Assembly: GCA_014905635.1 (NCBI GenBank)
Contig: JABVCE010000022.1
Span: 671,690-691,689, forward strand
DNA from: Scenedesmus sp. PABB004
Taxonomy: Eukaryota
Direction: 5' to 3'
DNA length: 20,000 nucleotides
Shown here: positions 1 to 10,196 of the stretch, piece by piece
Position numbering within the stretch: position 1 is the stretch's first letter
How the letters are laid out: the number at the start of each line of letters is the position of its first letter
Notes under the pieces: generated by a model
Told to the model about the DNA's origin: nothing
Seen by the model: only the letters and a program-made list of their open reading frames with translations
The model's database searches: none
Made by a program: the position numbers and the translations under genes

Positions 1-534
1 CGCCCGCCGGGCTGACTCCCCGGCGGCCCGCCGGCGCGGGGCACCGCGCGCGCCGCCGCCGCCGCCGCTGTGCTGCGCGCGCTGCGCGACCGCGCCGCCG
101 CCGCGGGCCACGAGCTGGCCAGGCCGCCGCCGAGCGGTGACCCTGGCAGCAGGCGGCGCGTCCCATGCCCGCTCCGCGCGCCGCGCTGGCACGCGTGGCT
201 GCGCGCGGGCGGCAGCGGACACTGAGCGGCGCCGCACCAGACGCGGCGCGTCCCTGGCGCAAGCGCGTTTGCGGACGGCCGGCGGTGACCAGGGAAACCG
301 CAGGGGCGGGCTGTCGCGCGCCCACGCGCGCCACCGTCCCGTTCCGCAGGGCTCTCCGCGCTCGCGCGCCCGCTCGGTGGCGGGCGCGCCCGGCGCGCCT
401 CGGCGGCACGCACGCGGCGCAGCGGCATCGCACAGCCCACACTGAGGCGCCGCCGGCACGCCGCGCGCGCGCATGTGAGGCGCCGGCCCCCCGACCCGTC
501 GCGCCGGCGCGAGCAGGCGGGACCTACGCGCAGG

Positions 535-3500
535 ATGGACCGCGGGCGCGGCCGCGGCGGCTACGGCGGCGGCCCGGGGCGCGGCGAGGGCGGTGCGCGG
601 CGCGCTCGCGCGGGGCGCATCCCGCTCGCCTCTCCGTGGCACGGAGGGGCGTGGGCCGTCCCAGGCCGGCGCTGCCGCGCCCCGACCGTGCCCCGAGACG
701 GCCCAGGCGGCGCGCGCGCGTCGCGGCGGCCCGCGCGCCCCGATCTCGGCGCTGAGCAGCGGCGCCGCCGCTGCTGTCGCGCGCAGGCTACGGCGGTGGC
801 TACGGCGGCCCGCCCGGCGGCCGCGGCGGTGGCAGAGGTGAGCGAGGCGCCTGGGACGGGGACGCGCAGCGCCGTGGCGCGGCGGGCAGGGGCGAACTGG
901 CGCGCGGCGCGCGGCGCGCCGCTCAGCAGCAAGCTGGCGCCCGCGCGGCGCGCCCCGCGCGCAGGCTACGAGGGCGGCGGCGGCCGCGGCGGCTACGGCG
1001 GCAGCGGCGGCGGCGGCTACGAGGGCGGCGGGGGCCGCGGCGGCGGCTACGAGGGCGGCCGCGGCGGCGGCTACGAGGGCGGCGGGGCCGCGGCGGCGGC
1101 TACGAGGGCGGCGGGGGCGCGGCGGCGGCTACGAGGGCGGCCGCGGCGGCGGCTACGAGGGCGGCGGGGGCCGCGGCGGCGGCTACGAGGGCGGCGGCGG
1201 CCGCGGCGGCGGCGGCTACGGCGGCGGCGGCCGCGGCGGAGGTGCGGCGCGCGGCAGAGCCGGTGGCGGTGGCGGCGGCGGCGGCGGCGACGGCGCGGGG
1301 GCGGCCGCGCCAGGCCGCTGCGCCCGGCCCCACGCTGCGCCCGCCGCCCCCGCTCCCCCCTGCGCGCACAGGCGGCTACGAGGGCGGCCGCGGCGGTGAG
1401 CGGCCGCAGCGCGCTGCGGGGCCCGCCAGCTTGCCGCCAGCCTGCCTGGCGCGGCCAGAGCCGCCGACCCGCGCTGGCCCGCTGCCACCCCCTCCTCTCT
1501 CTCCCCCCCTCCGCAGGCGGCGGCTACGGCGGCGGCGGCGGCGGCGACTATGGTGGCGGCCGGGGCGGCGGCGGCCGCGGCGACTTTGGCGGCGGCGGCC
1601 GGGGCGGCGGGCGCGACTTTGGCGGCGGCGGCCGGGGCGGCGGGCGCGACTTTGGCGGCGGCGGCCGCGGCGGCGGGCGCGACTTTGGCGGCGGCCGCGG
1701 CCGCGGCGGCGGCCGCGTGTCGGGCGGCGACATGCAGCTGCCCCTCGACCGCGCGCTGTCGGAGCTCTCGGCCGCGTTCTCGCGCGTCAGCGTGCGCGGC
1801 CCCGAGGTCGTGCGCTGCGCGCGCGGCAGCGTCGTGCCGACGCGCGCGCTGCGCTCGCGCGCGGGCGGCGAGGGCACCGCGGGCACGTCCATCGCGGTGC
1901 GCGCCAACCACTTTTCGCTGAGCCTCAACGCCAGCCAGGCCTTCCACTACGACGTCAGCATCGACCGCCTGCTCAGCGAGGAGGAGGCGGCGCGCGCCTC
2001 GCGCCGCAAGGCGCCCGCGCGCGCGGGTGAGGCCCGCCGGCCTGGCGTCCGTGGGAGGGGGGGGGGCGCACGCCCCGAGGGGCGCGCAGGCCCGCCTGCG
2101 GCGCGCGCCGAGCCGCGCCCCGCCGCCCCGCCCCGCGCCGGCCGCCGCCGCGGCGCGCCCCGCAGGCCCCGACCGCGGGCTGCCGCGCCCGATGGTGCGG
2201 CGCGTGCTGCTCGCGCTGAGCGCGCAGGAGGGCTGGGGCAGCGTCGGGTGGGCGAGCGACTGGGGCAAGAACATCTACGCGCCGTCCGCCTTCCTCGGCG
2301 TCGGCGGCGGCGAGCCGCGGCTCTACACCGTGCGCACCCAGTTCACCGCGCCCGACGGCAGCGCCGTGGACAAGACCTGGACGGTCGCGATCAAGTACGC
2401 CGCGACGGTCGACCTCAGCGCGCTGTCCGCCTACATGGCCGGCACCGAGGCGGACGAGGAGATGCCGCGCGCGGCCATCCAGGTGCTCGAGGTCGTCATG
2501 CGCTCCGGCGTCAGCGGTGAGACCCACACCCGCGCCGCGCGCGCAGCGCGGCGCGCCGGCCGCCTCGCCGCCGGGCCTGCGCAGGCGCCGACGCCCGCCC
2601 GCTGCCCGCCCGCCTCGCGCCCGCCGCGCGCGCCGCGCGGTGCGCTGCAGCGCGTGAGAACGCGCTGGTGATCGGGTCGAGCGTGTTCTTCCACGTCCCG
2701 CGCGACCCCAACCTCTACATGGCCCTCCCCGGCGGCGCCGAGGCGTGGGCGGGGTACCGCCAGGCGGTCAAGCCGTGCCAGGGCGGGCTGACGCTCAACA
2801 TCGACCTCGCCGCGACCGCCTTTCTCACCAGCGGCCCGCTCCTGCGCGTCATCTGCAGCGTGCTCAACCTGCGCAACCCCGGCGAGCTCATCGGCCCGCA
2901 AGGCCTGCCGCCGCGCGCGATGCGCCAGCTCAAGGAGACCGTGCGCGGCGTGCGGGTGCGCCCCGCGCGCGCCCGTTCCTGCGCGCCCGCTCGAGCCCCT
3001 CGCGCCCGCGCGCCCGTGCTGCGCGCCGGTGCTGCCGCCGCCGACGCGGCGCCGCCTGCCCGCCGCGGTCAGGTCGCGTACCACTGCCCCACGGGCGTCA
3101 TCCGCAACAAGCTCGTGCGCGAGATCGGCAGCCGCGGCGCGGCGCAGACGATGTTCAAGCTCGACGACGGCCGCGAGGTGCCGCGCGCGCCGCGCCGCTC
3201 GCAGCGCGCCCCCCGCTCACGCGCGCCCCCGTCCGCGCACCGCCCGCGCCGCCGCAGGTGAGCGTGGCGGCCTACTTTTCTGTCACGTACAAGCTGCAGC
3301 TCCAGTTCCCCGGCCTGCCCCCGCTCAACGTGTCGAGCCAGCCCGGGCGCAAGGTCTGGGTGCCCATGGAGCTCTGCCAGTGAGGCGGCGCGCGCGCGGC
3401 GGCGGGAGGCGCGGCGCGGCGGGAGGGCTGCGGCGGCCGGGCGACGCGCGCGCGGCGGCGCGGCCGTGCGGGCGGGCGCCGCCGCGCCGCGCCGACGCCG

Positions 3501-6025
3501 CCGCGCGCGCCGCCGCGCAGCGTCGTCGCGGGGCAGCGCCGGCGCATGCTGAACGAGGCGCAGACGACGGGCATGCTGCGCTTTGCGGGGCTGCGCCCCG
3601 ACGAGCGCGGGGCGTACCTCACGCAGGTCATCTCGCGCGACGACCTCGGCGGCTTCAACAGCGGTGAGCCACCGCGCCCCCCGCCCGCCCGCCGCGCCGC
3701 GCGGCCGGCCGCGCCGTGGGGCACGCCGCGCTCACGCCGCTGCCGCCGTGCCGCGCGCGCGCGCGCGCCAGACCCCGCGGTGCGCGCGTTTGGCATCCAG
3801 GTCGAGACGGCGATGAAGACGGTGCAGGCGCGCGTGCTCAACCCGCCCCTGCTCGCGTACGGCAAGCCCGAGGCGCTCACGCCCGGCACGCGGGTGCGCC
3901 GCGCCGCCGCCTGTGTGCGGCCGCCTCGCCACCCGCGCTGCTGCGCGCGCCGCTCGCGCCGCCGCCCTCGCCGCCGCCCGCGCCGCCCGGGTCGCCGCCC
4001 GCGCCGCCGCTCCGCCGACGCCGCCCCGCGCCGCTGCGTGCGGCAGGGGTCGTGGAACCTGCGCGAGGTGCGCTTCCCTGCGGGCGTGGTCATCAGCAGC
4101 TGGGCGTTCTGCAGCCTTGTCGACCCGCAGTACCTCGTGCCGGACGGCGAGACGGGGACGCAGACCTTCCTGCGCGACCTCGTGCGCATGTGCAACAGCA
4201 CCGGCGTCGAGTGCCCGCCGCCGGCTATGGGCCCCTGGATCCCGCGCGCCGACCCCGAGAGCCTCATCCGCGCCGCCGCCGAGGCCGCGACGGCGCACTT
4301 TGGCAGCAAGTGCGGCGCGGCGCGGCGCGGCGCGCGCGCGGCGGGGCGCCGACGCCCGCGCGGCGCGCGGCGGGGCGCCGACGCCCGCGCGGCGCGCGGC
4401 GCGGCCGGCGCGCAGGTGCCAGATGGTGCTGGTGCTGCTTGAGCGCAAGCAGACGAGCGGGTCGAGCCCCTACGCGTTTGTGAAGCAGGCGGGCGACAGC
4501 GTGATGGGCCTGCGCACACAGTGCTTTGCCGCCGACAAGGCGGGCGTGGGCCGCAACGCGCGCCCCCCGCGCGGGCGCCAGCAGTACTGCGCCAACCTCG
4601 CCATGAAGGCGCGCGCGCGCGCGCCGCGGGGGCAGGGGCGCTGCGGGCACCGGGGGCGGCGCGCGCGGCAGCAGACGGCTGCTGCGCCTGGCGCTCACCG
4701 CGCGCGCATGCGGGGCGCGCCGCCCGCCGCCAGATCAACACCAAGATGGGCGGCGTCAACGTCAAGCTCGTCGACGACCCCGCCGCCGTGAGCGCCCGCG
4801 CCCCGCTCGCACGCGCCGGGCAGCGCGCGCCGCGCGCCGCCGCGCGCCTCCGCGCCTCCGCTCCGCCGCGCGCCCACGCCCCGCGCGCGCCGCCGCGGCC
4901 GCGCGCCGCAGCCCAAGGCGGTGCCCGTGGTGGGCACTGTGCCGTTCATGATCTTTGGCGCCGACGTGACGCACCCGACCTCGTTCAACCCCGACGACCC
5001 CTCCATCGCCGCCGTGTGCGCGAGCTACGACCGCACGCTCGGGCGCTACATGAGCCGCGTGCTGCGCCAGGCGCGGCCGCGCCGCCGCGCGCGCCCCGCG
5101 CGCGCCGCCCGGCCCGCCGCGCGCCGCCCGCCCGGCCCGCCCCGCGCGCGCCCGGCGCTCCTCCCCCGAGCGCCGCCCGCCCCGCCCCGCCCCGTGCTTT
5201 GCAGGGCCACCGGCAGGAGGTGATCGGCGCGCTGAAGGACGTCGTCGCCGACATGCTCAAGGAGTTTCACCGCCGCAACCGGGGCCACAAGCCCGAGGCG
5301 ATCATCTACTACCGCGACGGCGTCGCCGACAGCCAGTTCCCGGCCGTGCTGGAGCACGAGTACACCGCGTTCCGCCAGGCGCGCCCGCACGCGCAGCCGC
5401 GCGCGCAGCCACGCGCGCGCGCGCGCGCGGCCGCGCTGCGCACGACGCACGCGCAACGCGCGCGCCCGCGCCGCTCGGCCGCGCCGCGCCCGCGCCGCTG
5501 ACCGCCCCCCGCCGCGCCCGCGCCCCATGCGCGCAGGCGTGCTACAGCCTGGAGGAGGGCTACTGCCCGCCCATCACGTTTGTGGTGGTGCAGAAGCGCC
5601 ACAACACGCGGCTCTTCCCCGCCGACCGCGCGGGCGCGGACAACAGCGGCAACTGCCTGCCCGGCACGGTCGTGGACAGCGGCATCTGCCACCCCACGCA
5701 GTTTGACTTTTACCTCAACAGCCACGCCGGCCTGCAGGGCCACAACAAGCCCGCGCACTACCACGTGCTGGTCGACGAGAACGGCTTCAGCGCCGACGCG
5801 CTGCAGCTCTTCACCTACTGGCAGTGCTACCTCTACTGCCGCTGCACGCGCAGCGTGAGCTACGTCCCCGCCGCCTACTACGCCCACCTCGCCGCGTTCC
5901 GCGGCCGCCTTATGAAGCGCGAGGGCGAGGAGGGCAGCGTCGTGTCGAGCGGCAGCGGCGAGCGCGCGCTCGAGGTGCTGCCGATCCGGGACGACTACGC
6001 CAACCAGTGCATGTTCTTCGCATGA
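535..6025 (+). CDS. AGO: Argonaute (eukaryotic AGO clade), 17 exons, ~1133 aa if the two single-base deletions in exon 3 are corrected
   Basis: Exons read by hand: 535-592, 787-837, 965-1241, 1372-1395, 1517-2026, 2166-2516, 2651-2955, 3073-3177, 3258-3379, 3521-3663, 3772-3893, 4047-4309, 4416-4608, 4734-4787, 4912-5070, 5205-5378, 5537-6025. Motifs: N domain (VRANHF..FHYDVSI), L1 ([18 protein letters not shown]), PAZ ([25 protein letters not shown]), MID (YAFVK..TQC, NLAMKINTKMGG), PIWI ([67 protein letters not shown]), C-terminal MFFA*. Confidence 0.96.
965..1716 (+). repeat. Coding tandem repeats of the AGO glycine/arginine-rich N-terminus ([14 protein letters not shown] units in exons 3-4; [11 protein letters not shown] x4 in exon 5)
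   Basis: Repeated ggctacgagggcggc...ggccgcggcggc units at 965-1241 and gactttggcggcggcggccggggcggcgggcgc-type units at ~1582-1716. Confidence 0.9.
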
Positions 6026-6375
6026 GCGCGGCGGCGGCGCCGCGGCGGCAGCGGGATGCGTCGCGGGCGGGGCAGGGCGGGGCGGGGCGGGACGGGCCGC
6101 GCCGTGTGTGCGGCCGGCGCCCGCGCGGGGAGGGAGCAGGGGACGCACAAGCCGGAGCCCGGGGCGGGGGGACACTGACCAAGCCTGCACCACTCACGCC
6201 CCCTGGTGAGGCGAGCACTTTTTCACGCAGCACACGCAGCCTCACTCCCCACTGCCACTCCACTCCCGCCGGCCGGCGGCGGGCGCCGCGCGGCCGGGCG
6301 CCTTCAAACGCACGCAGCGGGCGGGGACCGGGTCGGGGGGGGGGGGGGGGGTCGGGCGTACACCTAAACTAGAGT

Positions 6376-6380
6376 TGTAA
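6376..6380 (+). promoter_or_regulatory. Probable polyadenylation signal (TGTAA) of the AGO gene
   Basis: TGTAA, the canonical chlorophyte poly(A) signal, in a rare AT-rich patch (cctaaactagagttgtaa) about 350 nt after the AGO stop codon. Confidence 0.6.
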
Positions 6381-6504
6381 CGCCACCAAGTTGCGGCTCA
6401 GGCTCAGTGGCTGGTCGGCGCCCGCCCGGCAGCAGCCCCCCGGGCCCAGCCGCCCTCGCCTGCGCCGCCGGGCGGCCCTGGTGCGGGTTGACCGGGCTCC
6501 GCAG

Positions 6505-7975
6505 TCGCCGCGCTGTTGCCAGCGCACGCCGTCTTCGGCGGCGCCGAGGACGACGGCGCCGGCGCGGCGGCTGCTGGCATCAACACGGGCGACCCCGCCG
6601 CCGCTGTGGCGGAGCTGCCCGAGGACGTGGAGCAGGCCAAGGGTGCGCTGAGCGCGCACGCGCCCCGGCACCGAGCACAGCACGCGCTATGCGCGGCCAG
6701 CCGCCCCGGCCCCCGCGCCCGCACACCGCGCCCGACCCCCCGCACGCGCGCCCGGCCGCGTGCAGCCGAGGTGCTGCCTGGCAGCGACGCGGAGATCACC
6801 GACTGGATGGCCGACACGCTTGACGCCGCAGCCGGCGCCGCCGCGGAGGGCGGGGGCGGCAGTGGCGGTGGCGTTGGCGGGCTGCGGTTCATCAACTTCA
6901 ACACCGCCTCGACCTACAACCCAGGGCTGGGCTTTTTCGTCGCGCTCGACGGCGCGGCGCGGCTCGCACGCCTGCTGCCCGCGGCGGGCCTGGTGTCGCT
7001 GAGCCCGCCGGGCAGCCTCTACGCCGACACGCCGGTCGTGGACGACGTGAAGGTCACGCTCGACTTTGACCTCTCCGCGCCCCTCGCAGCGCCGGTGGGG
7101 GGTTAGGCGCCCTTCTCGCGGCGCCGCCCGCGCAGGCCCCGCCGCCGCAGCGCGCGCCGCCCCACCCCTCGCCCCCCTCGCCCCCTCGCCCCCCGGCCCC
7201 GGGCCCCCCGCGCCGCCCCGCTGCCGCTGTCAGTGCTGGCTGGACGGCTACCAGCAGTTTGCCGGCGTCCCCTACGCGCCCAGCCTGGTCGCCATCATCG
7301 ACGTTCGCGCGGTGCTCCCAGGCAGCGCCAGCAGCGCGCCCGTGGGCTGGGCGTGCCTGCCCGTGTTTGAGCGCGCCGGGCGCCACGTCGCGAGCGGGAC
7401 GCACCACCTGCCCCTCTTCCAGGGCGTGCCCAGCGCGCAGCTGCTCGCCGACCTGGCAGCCGGCGACCCCGACGAGGCCATGGCCGCCGCCATCCGGGTG
7501 CGCCGGCGCAGCTGCCCGCGCGCCGGGCGCCCGCGCGCGCGCGGCGCGCGCCACCCCCGCGGTGACCTCTGCCGCCGCCGCCGCCGCCGCCGCCGCTGCC
7601 GCGCGCGGCGCGCAGGCGGGGCGCGTGCGCCCGAGCCTGGAGTGCTCCAGCGTGCTGGCGCGGCTCATGTGCGGCACGCGCCAGGGGCAGCTCGAGGCGC
7701 CGGCCTGGAGCCTGCCGCTGGCGGAGCTGCGGCTGCCGCGCTACGTGGCGAGCGAGCTGGGGCCGCGCTTTGTGGGCGAGGCGCGCAAGGCCATGCGCAA
7801 CAAGACCTACGCGCAGGCCAAGCCCCCGGCCCTGAGCGACGCGGCGTGGGTCGACAGCATCGCCGACACGCTCATCAAGGTCGCCGGCCTCGACGCGGCG
7901 CTGCCGGGCGGCGGCGCGGACAGCGGCGACGAGGGCGAGGGCGAGGGCGGGCGCGAGGCAGGCGGCGCGGCCTAG
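6505..7975 (+). CDS. Uncharacterised protein with a C2-like beta-sandwich region; 5' end missing or unresolved (possible gene fragment), ~362 aa visible
   Basis: Phase-consistent GT-AG exons 6505(or 6523)-6642, 6766-7094, 7234-7497, 7616-7975 with coding-like codon use. Peptide: ..YNPGLGFFVALDG..SLSPPGSLY..DDVKVTLDFD..CWLDGYQQF..LVAIIDVR..VGWACLPVFE..VASGTHHLPLFQG..SVLARL. The GW..LPVF..SG...LPLF pattern recalls C2-type domains (inference). There is an in-frame TGA at 6489 and no ATG until 6807. Confidence 0.7.
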
Positions 7976-8681
7976 GCGGCACCTGCGACCGGTGACTCGG
8001 CGGCAAACGTGCGGCGGCGCCCGCGTCCCTGCGTCCGCGCTGTGCACGGCGGCTGCGGCGCCGCCTCCTCGAGCGAGCTCGCGCGGCTGCGCGTGCGACC
8101 ACCGCTTGCCGTCGGGTTGGTTCGTTTACTCCGTAAACTGTGTGTTGCTAAAAACTTGACTGACGCACAGGCGCCTTTGCCTGCCTGGTATGCGCACAGG
8201 CGCTGCAAGTTCCGGGGACACACACGCTCGTCGGCCGTGGCAGGGCCGCTCGCGCTCATGCGTTGAGGGTGCGAGCCTGGGGGCCGGCCCCGTTCGCTGC
8301 TGCGCGCAGGCGCAGCAGCCGGGGCCGGCGCGCCGCCGCCCACGGGCGAGGCGGCGCGCACCGGGCAAGTGCTCAGTGCGGGCGCGCCTCTGCGCGAATC
8401 CGGATGCGGCCACCGGGCGCGCAGGCAGCTAAGCTATGTCGTCAGCCGCGGCAGCTTGCAGTGGTGCATCCCTGCTGCGCCGCGCGGCGGCGCGCCGCCG
8501 CGCGCGCTGCAGCCAACAAGAGCCCCCGACCGCACACAAAACAGGACACGACGCGCCACCCGAGGCAGGCCGGCGGCGTGAGATGCACGCCGCGCACGCC
8601 CAGCGGGCCTCAACACGCAACCAGCAACTAAGAGTCATTCTTTGGGGGCGGGGGGCCGGCGTCGCGCCGGCGCGGCACACG

Positions 8682-10196
8682 TCACACAGCCACCGCGCTG
8701 ATGTTGATGGCGGCCAGCGCGGCGCACGCGGCGGGCTTGCCGGCGCCGGCGGCCGCAGCGCTCTGCAGCTCCGGCGCGGGCGCCGCGTCGGCCGCGTCGC
8801 GCTCCTCCTGCCGCGCGTGCTTGCGCCAGCCGGCCTCCACCTGAGCGAGGCGCTGTGCGCGGCGCTCCGCCTGCAGGGCCTTGAGCTTCTCGCGCCAGTC
8901 CAGCACGAGCGGCTGCGTCCCCAGCAGCTTGCCCACCAGGCCGGCGCCGGCGCCCGCCGCGGCGGGCCTGGCCGCGGCGGCCGCGGCGGCCGCTGCCGCC
9001 GCGGCCGCCTCCTCGGCGGCCTCGCGCCGCGCGCCCGGGCGCTCGGGCCAGGTGTCGCGGCGCACCGCGCGCATCTCGGGGCTGTCCTCCAGCACCACCA
9101 CGGCGGCGAGCGCGCGCCCGCCCGCCTCGGCCTCGGCGCAGCCGTCCCGCCACGTGACGCGCTTGCTGAACCTCGGGCTGCTGCCCGCCGAGCTCGCGCT
9201 CCCCGCGCGGCTGACGAGGATGCTGCGCGGCCGCCCGCTGCTGCTCGCCACGCTCAGCACGCTGCTGTTCACCGACGCCGCGCTGCACAGGCTGCTGCTG
9301 CTCGCGCTGCTCGTCAGGCTCGCGTCGCAGGGCGGCAGCCCGTCGTCGCTGCCGCAGTCGCTGCCGCCGCTGCCCACGCGCGCCAGCGGGTGCGCGAGCG
9401 GCCCGTCCGCCGCCGGCGCGCCCGCGGCGCACGGCCGCGCGGGCACGGGCGACGCCGGCGGCGGCGTGGGCGGCTTGGCCGGCGGCGGCGAGCGCGGCGA
9501 CGGCGGCGCGGCCGCCGCCGCCGGCGCCTGCGCCGGCGCGCTGTGCGCCCGCGGCGCGAGTGGCGGCCGCTGCGCGCCGCCCGCGGCGGGGCGCTCGGGC
9601 GCGCGCGGCGGGCGGCGCTGCTTGTCGCCGGGGCTCGCCGCCTCCGGCGCGGCGCGCGGCGTGCCCGGCGCGCTGCCGGCGGCCGCCGCCGCGGCGCGGC
9701 GCGCGGCGGCCTCCGCGTCCGCCTGCCGCGCTGCCTGGGCCACCAGCTCCATGAGCGATAGCGGGGCGCCGCCGCCGCGGGCCTCGCCGCCGCCGGCGCG
9801 CGGCGCGCCCGCGCCGACAGTTGGGGCGCCCGCGCCTGGCGCGCCCGGCGCGCGCGGGGAGGGCATGTCCGGCGTCCCCGGCGTCGCCGGCGGGCTCTGG
9901 CCCGCCAGCGGCGCGCCTCGGGGCGGGGCACCCGGCGCGCGGGGGGATGGCCCAGCGCCTCCGCTGGCCGGTGCGGCGCCGTCTGCGCCGCTGCGCCGGC
10001 CCGATCGTTCACCGGTCTTGGGTCGGGGCGGTGGGAGGCCAATCATGTGCGCCGGCGCCTCCTCGCGGCCGCAGTGCGAGGCCGGCCAGGCTGGCGCTGG
10101 CGCGTCCGCCTCCACGCCGCCCCGGAAGCGCCGCGGCGGCCCCGCAGAAACGACCGCCGCCTCCCAGGCCGGCCGCGCCGGCGTGCCTCGCGACAT
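8682..10196 (-). CDS. Hypothetical intronless Pro/Ala/Ser-rich protein (504 aa) with SILK-like and RVxW motifs and a short C-terminal helical segment
   Basis: ATG-to-stop ORF containing non-random segments (LSLMELVAQAARQADAEA; SLCSAASVNSSVLSVASS..RSIL..KRVTW; LVGKLLGTQPLVLDWREKLKALQAERRAQRLAQVEAGWRKH). It fills the gap between flanking genes. The start codon is uncertain. Confidence 0.65.
   Translation of the reverse strand: MSRGTPARPAWEAAVVSAGPPRRFRGGVEADAPAPAWPASHCGREEAPAHMIGLPPPRPKTGERSGRRSGADGAAPASGGAGPSPRAPGAPPRGAPLAGQSPPATPGTPDMPSPRAPGAPGAGAPTVGAGAPRAGGGEARGGGAPLSLMELVAQAARQADAEAAARRAAAAAAGSAPGTPRAAPEAASPGDKQRRPPRAPERPAAGGAQRPPLAPRAHSAPAQAPAAAAAPPSPRSPPPAKPPTPPPASPVPARPCAAGAPAADGPLAHPLARVGSGGSDCGSDDGLPPCDASLTSSASSSSLCSAASVNSSVLSVASSSGRPRSILVSRAGSASSAGSSPRFSKRVTWRDGCAEAEAGGRALAAVVVLEDSPEMRAVRRDTWPERPGARREAAEEAAAAAAAAAAAAARPAAAGAGAGLVGKLLGTQPLVLDWREKLKALQAERRAQRLAQVEAGWRKHARQEERDAADAAPAPELQSAAAAGAGKPAACAALAAINISAVAV

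Noticed and set aside
1..470. Possible end of an upstream + strand gene (..VLRALRDRAAAAGHELARPPPSG..) or start of a divergent - strand gene with a transit-peptide-like sequence
   Set aside because: No consistent start, splice acceptor or recognisable motif can be supported. It may be AGO promoter or 5' UTR (a cag acceptor-like site lies at 531-533).
965..1716. Regular repeats as a CRISPR-like array
   Set aside because: There are no unique spacers. The units are in-frame glycine-rich coding repeats.
535..6025. Prokaryotic Argonaute defence system or operon
   Set aside because: The gene has spliceosomal introns, eukaryotic AGO-clade motifs and an RGG tail, and sits near a telomere. The neighbours are unrelated housekeeping genes.
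8100..8230. AT-richer patch as a possible ncRNA or tRNA
   Set aside because: No cloverleaf or known RNA motif is visible. It is more simply the convergent 3' UTR/termination zone of the flanking genes.
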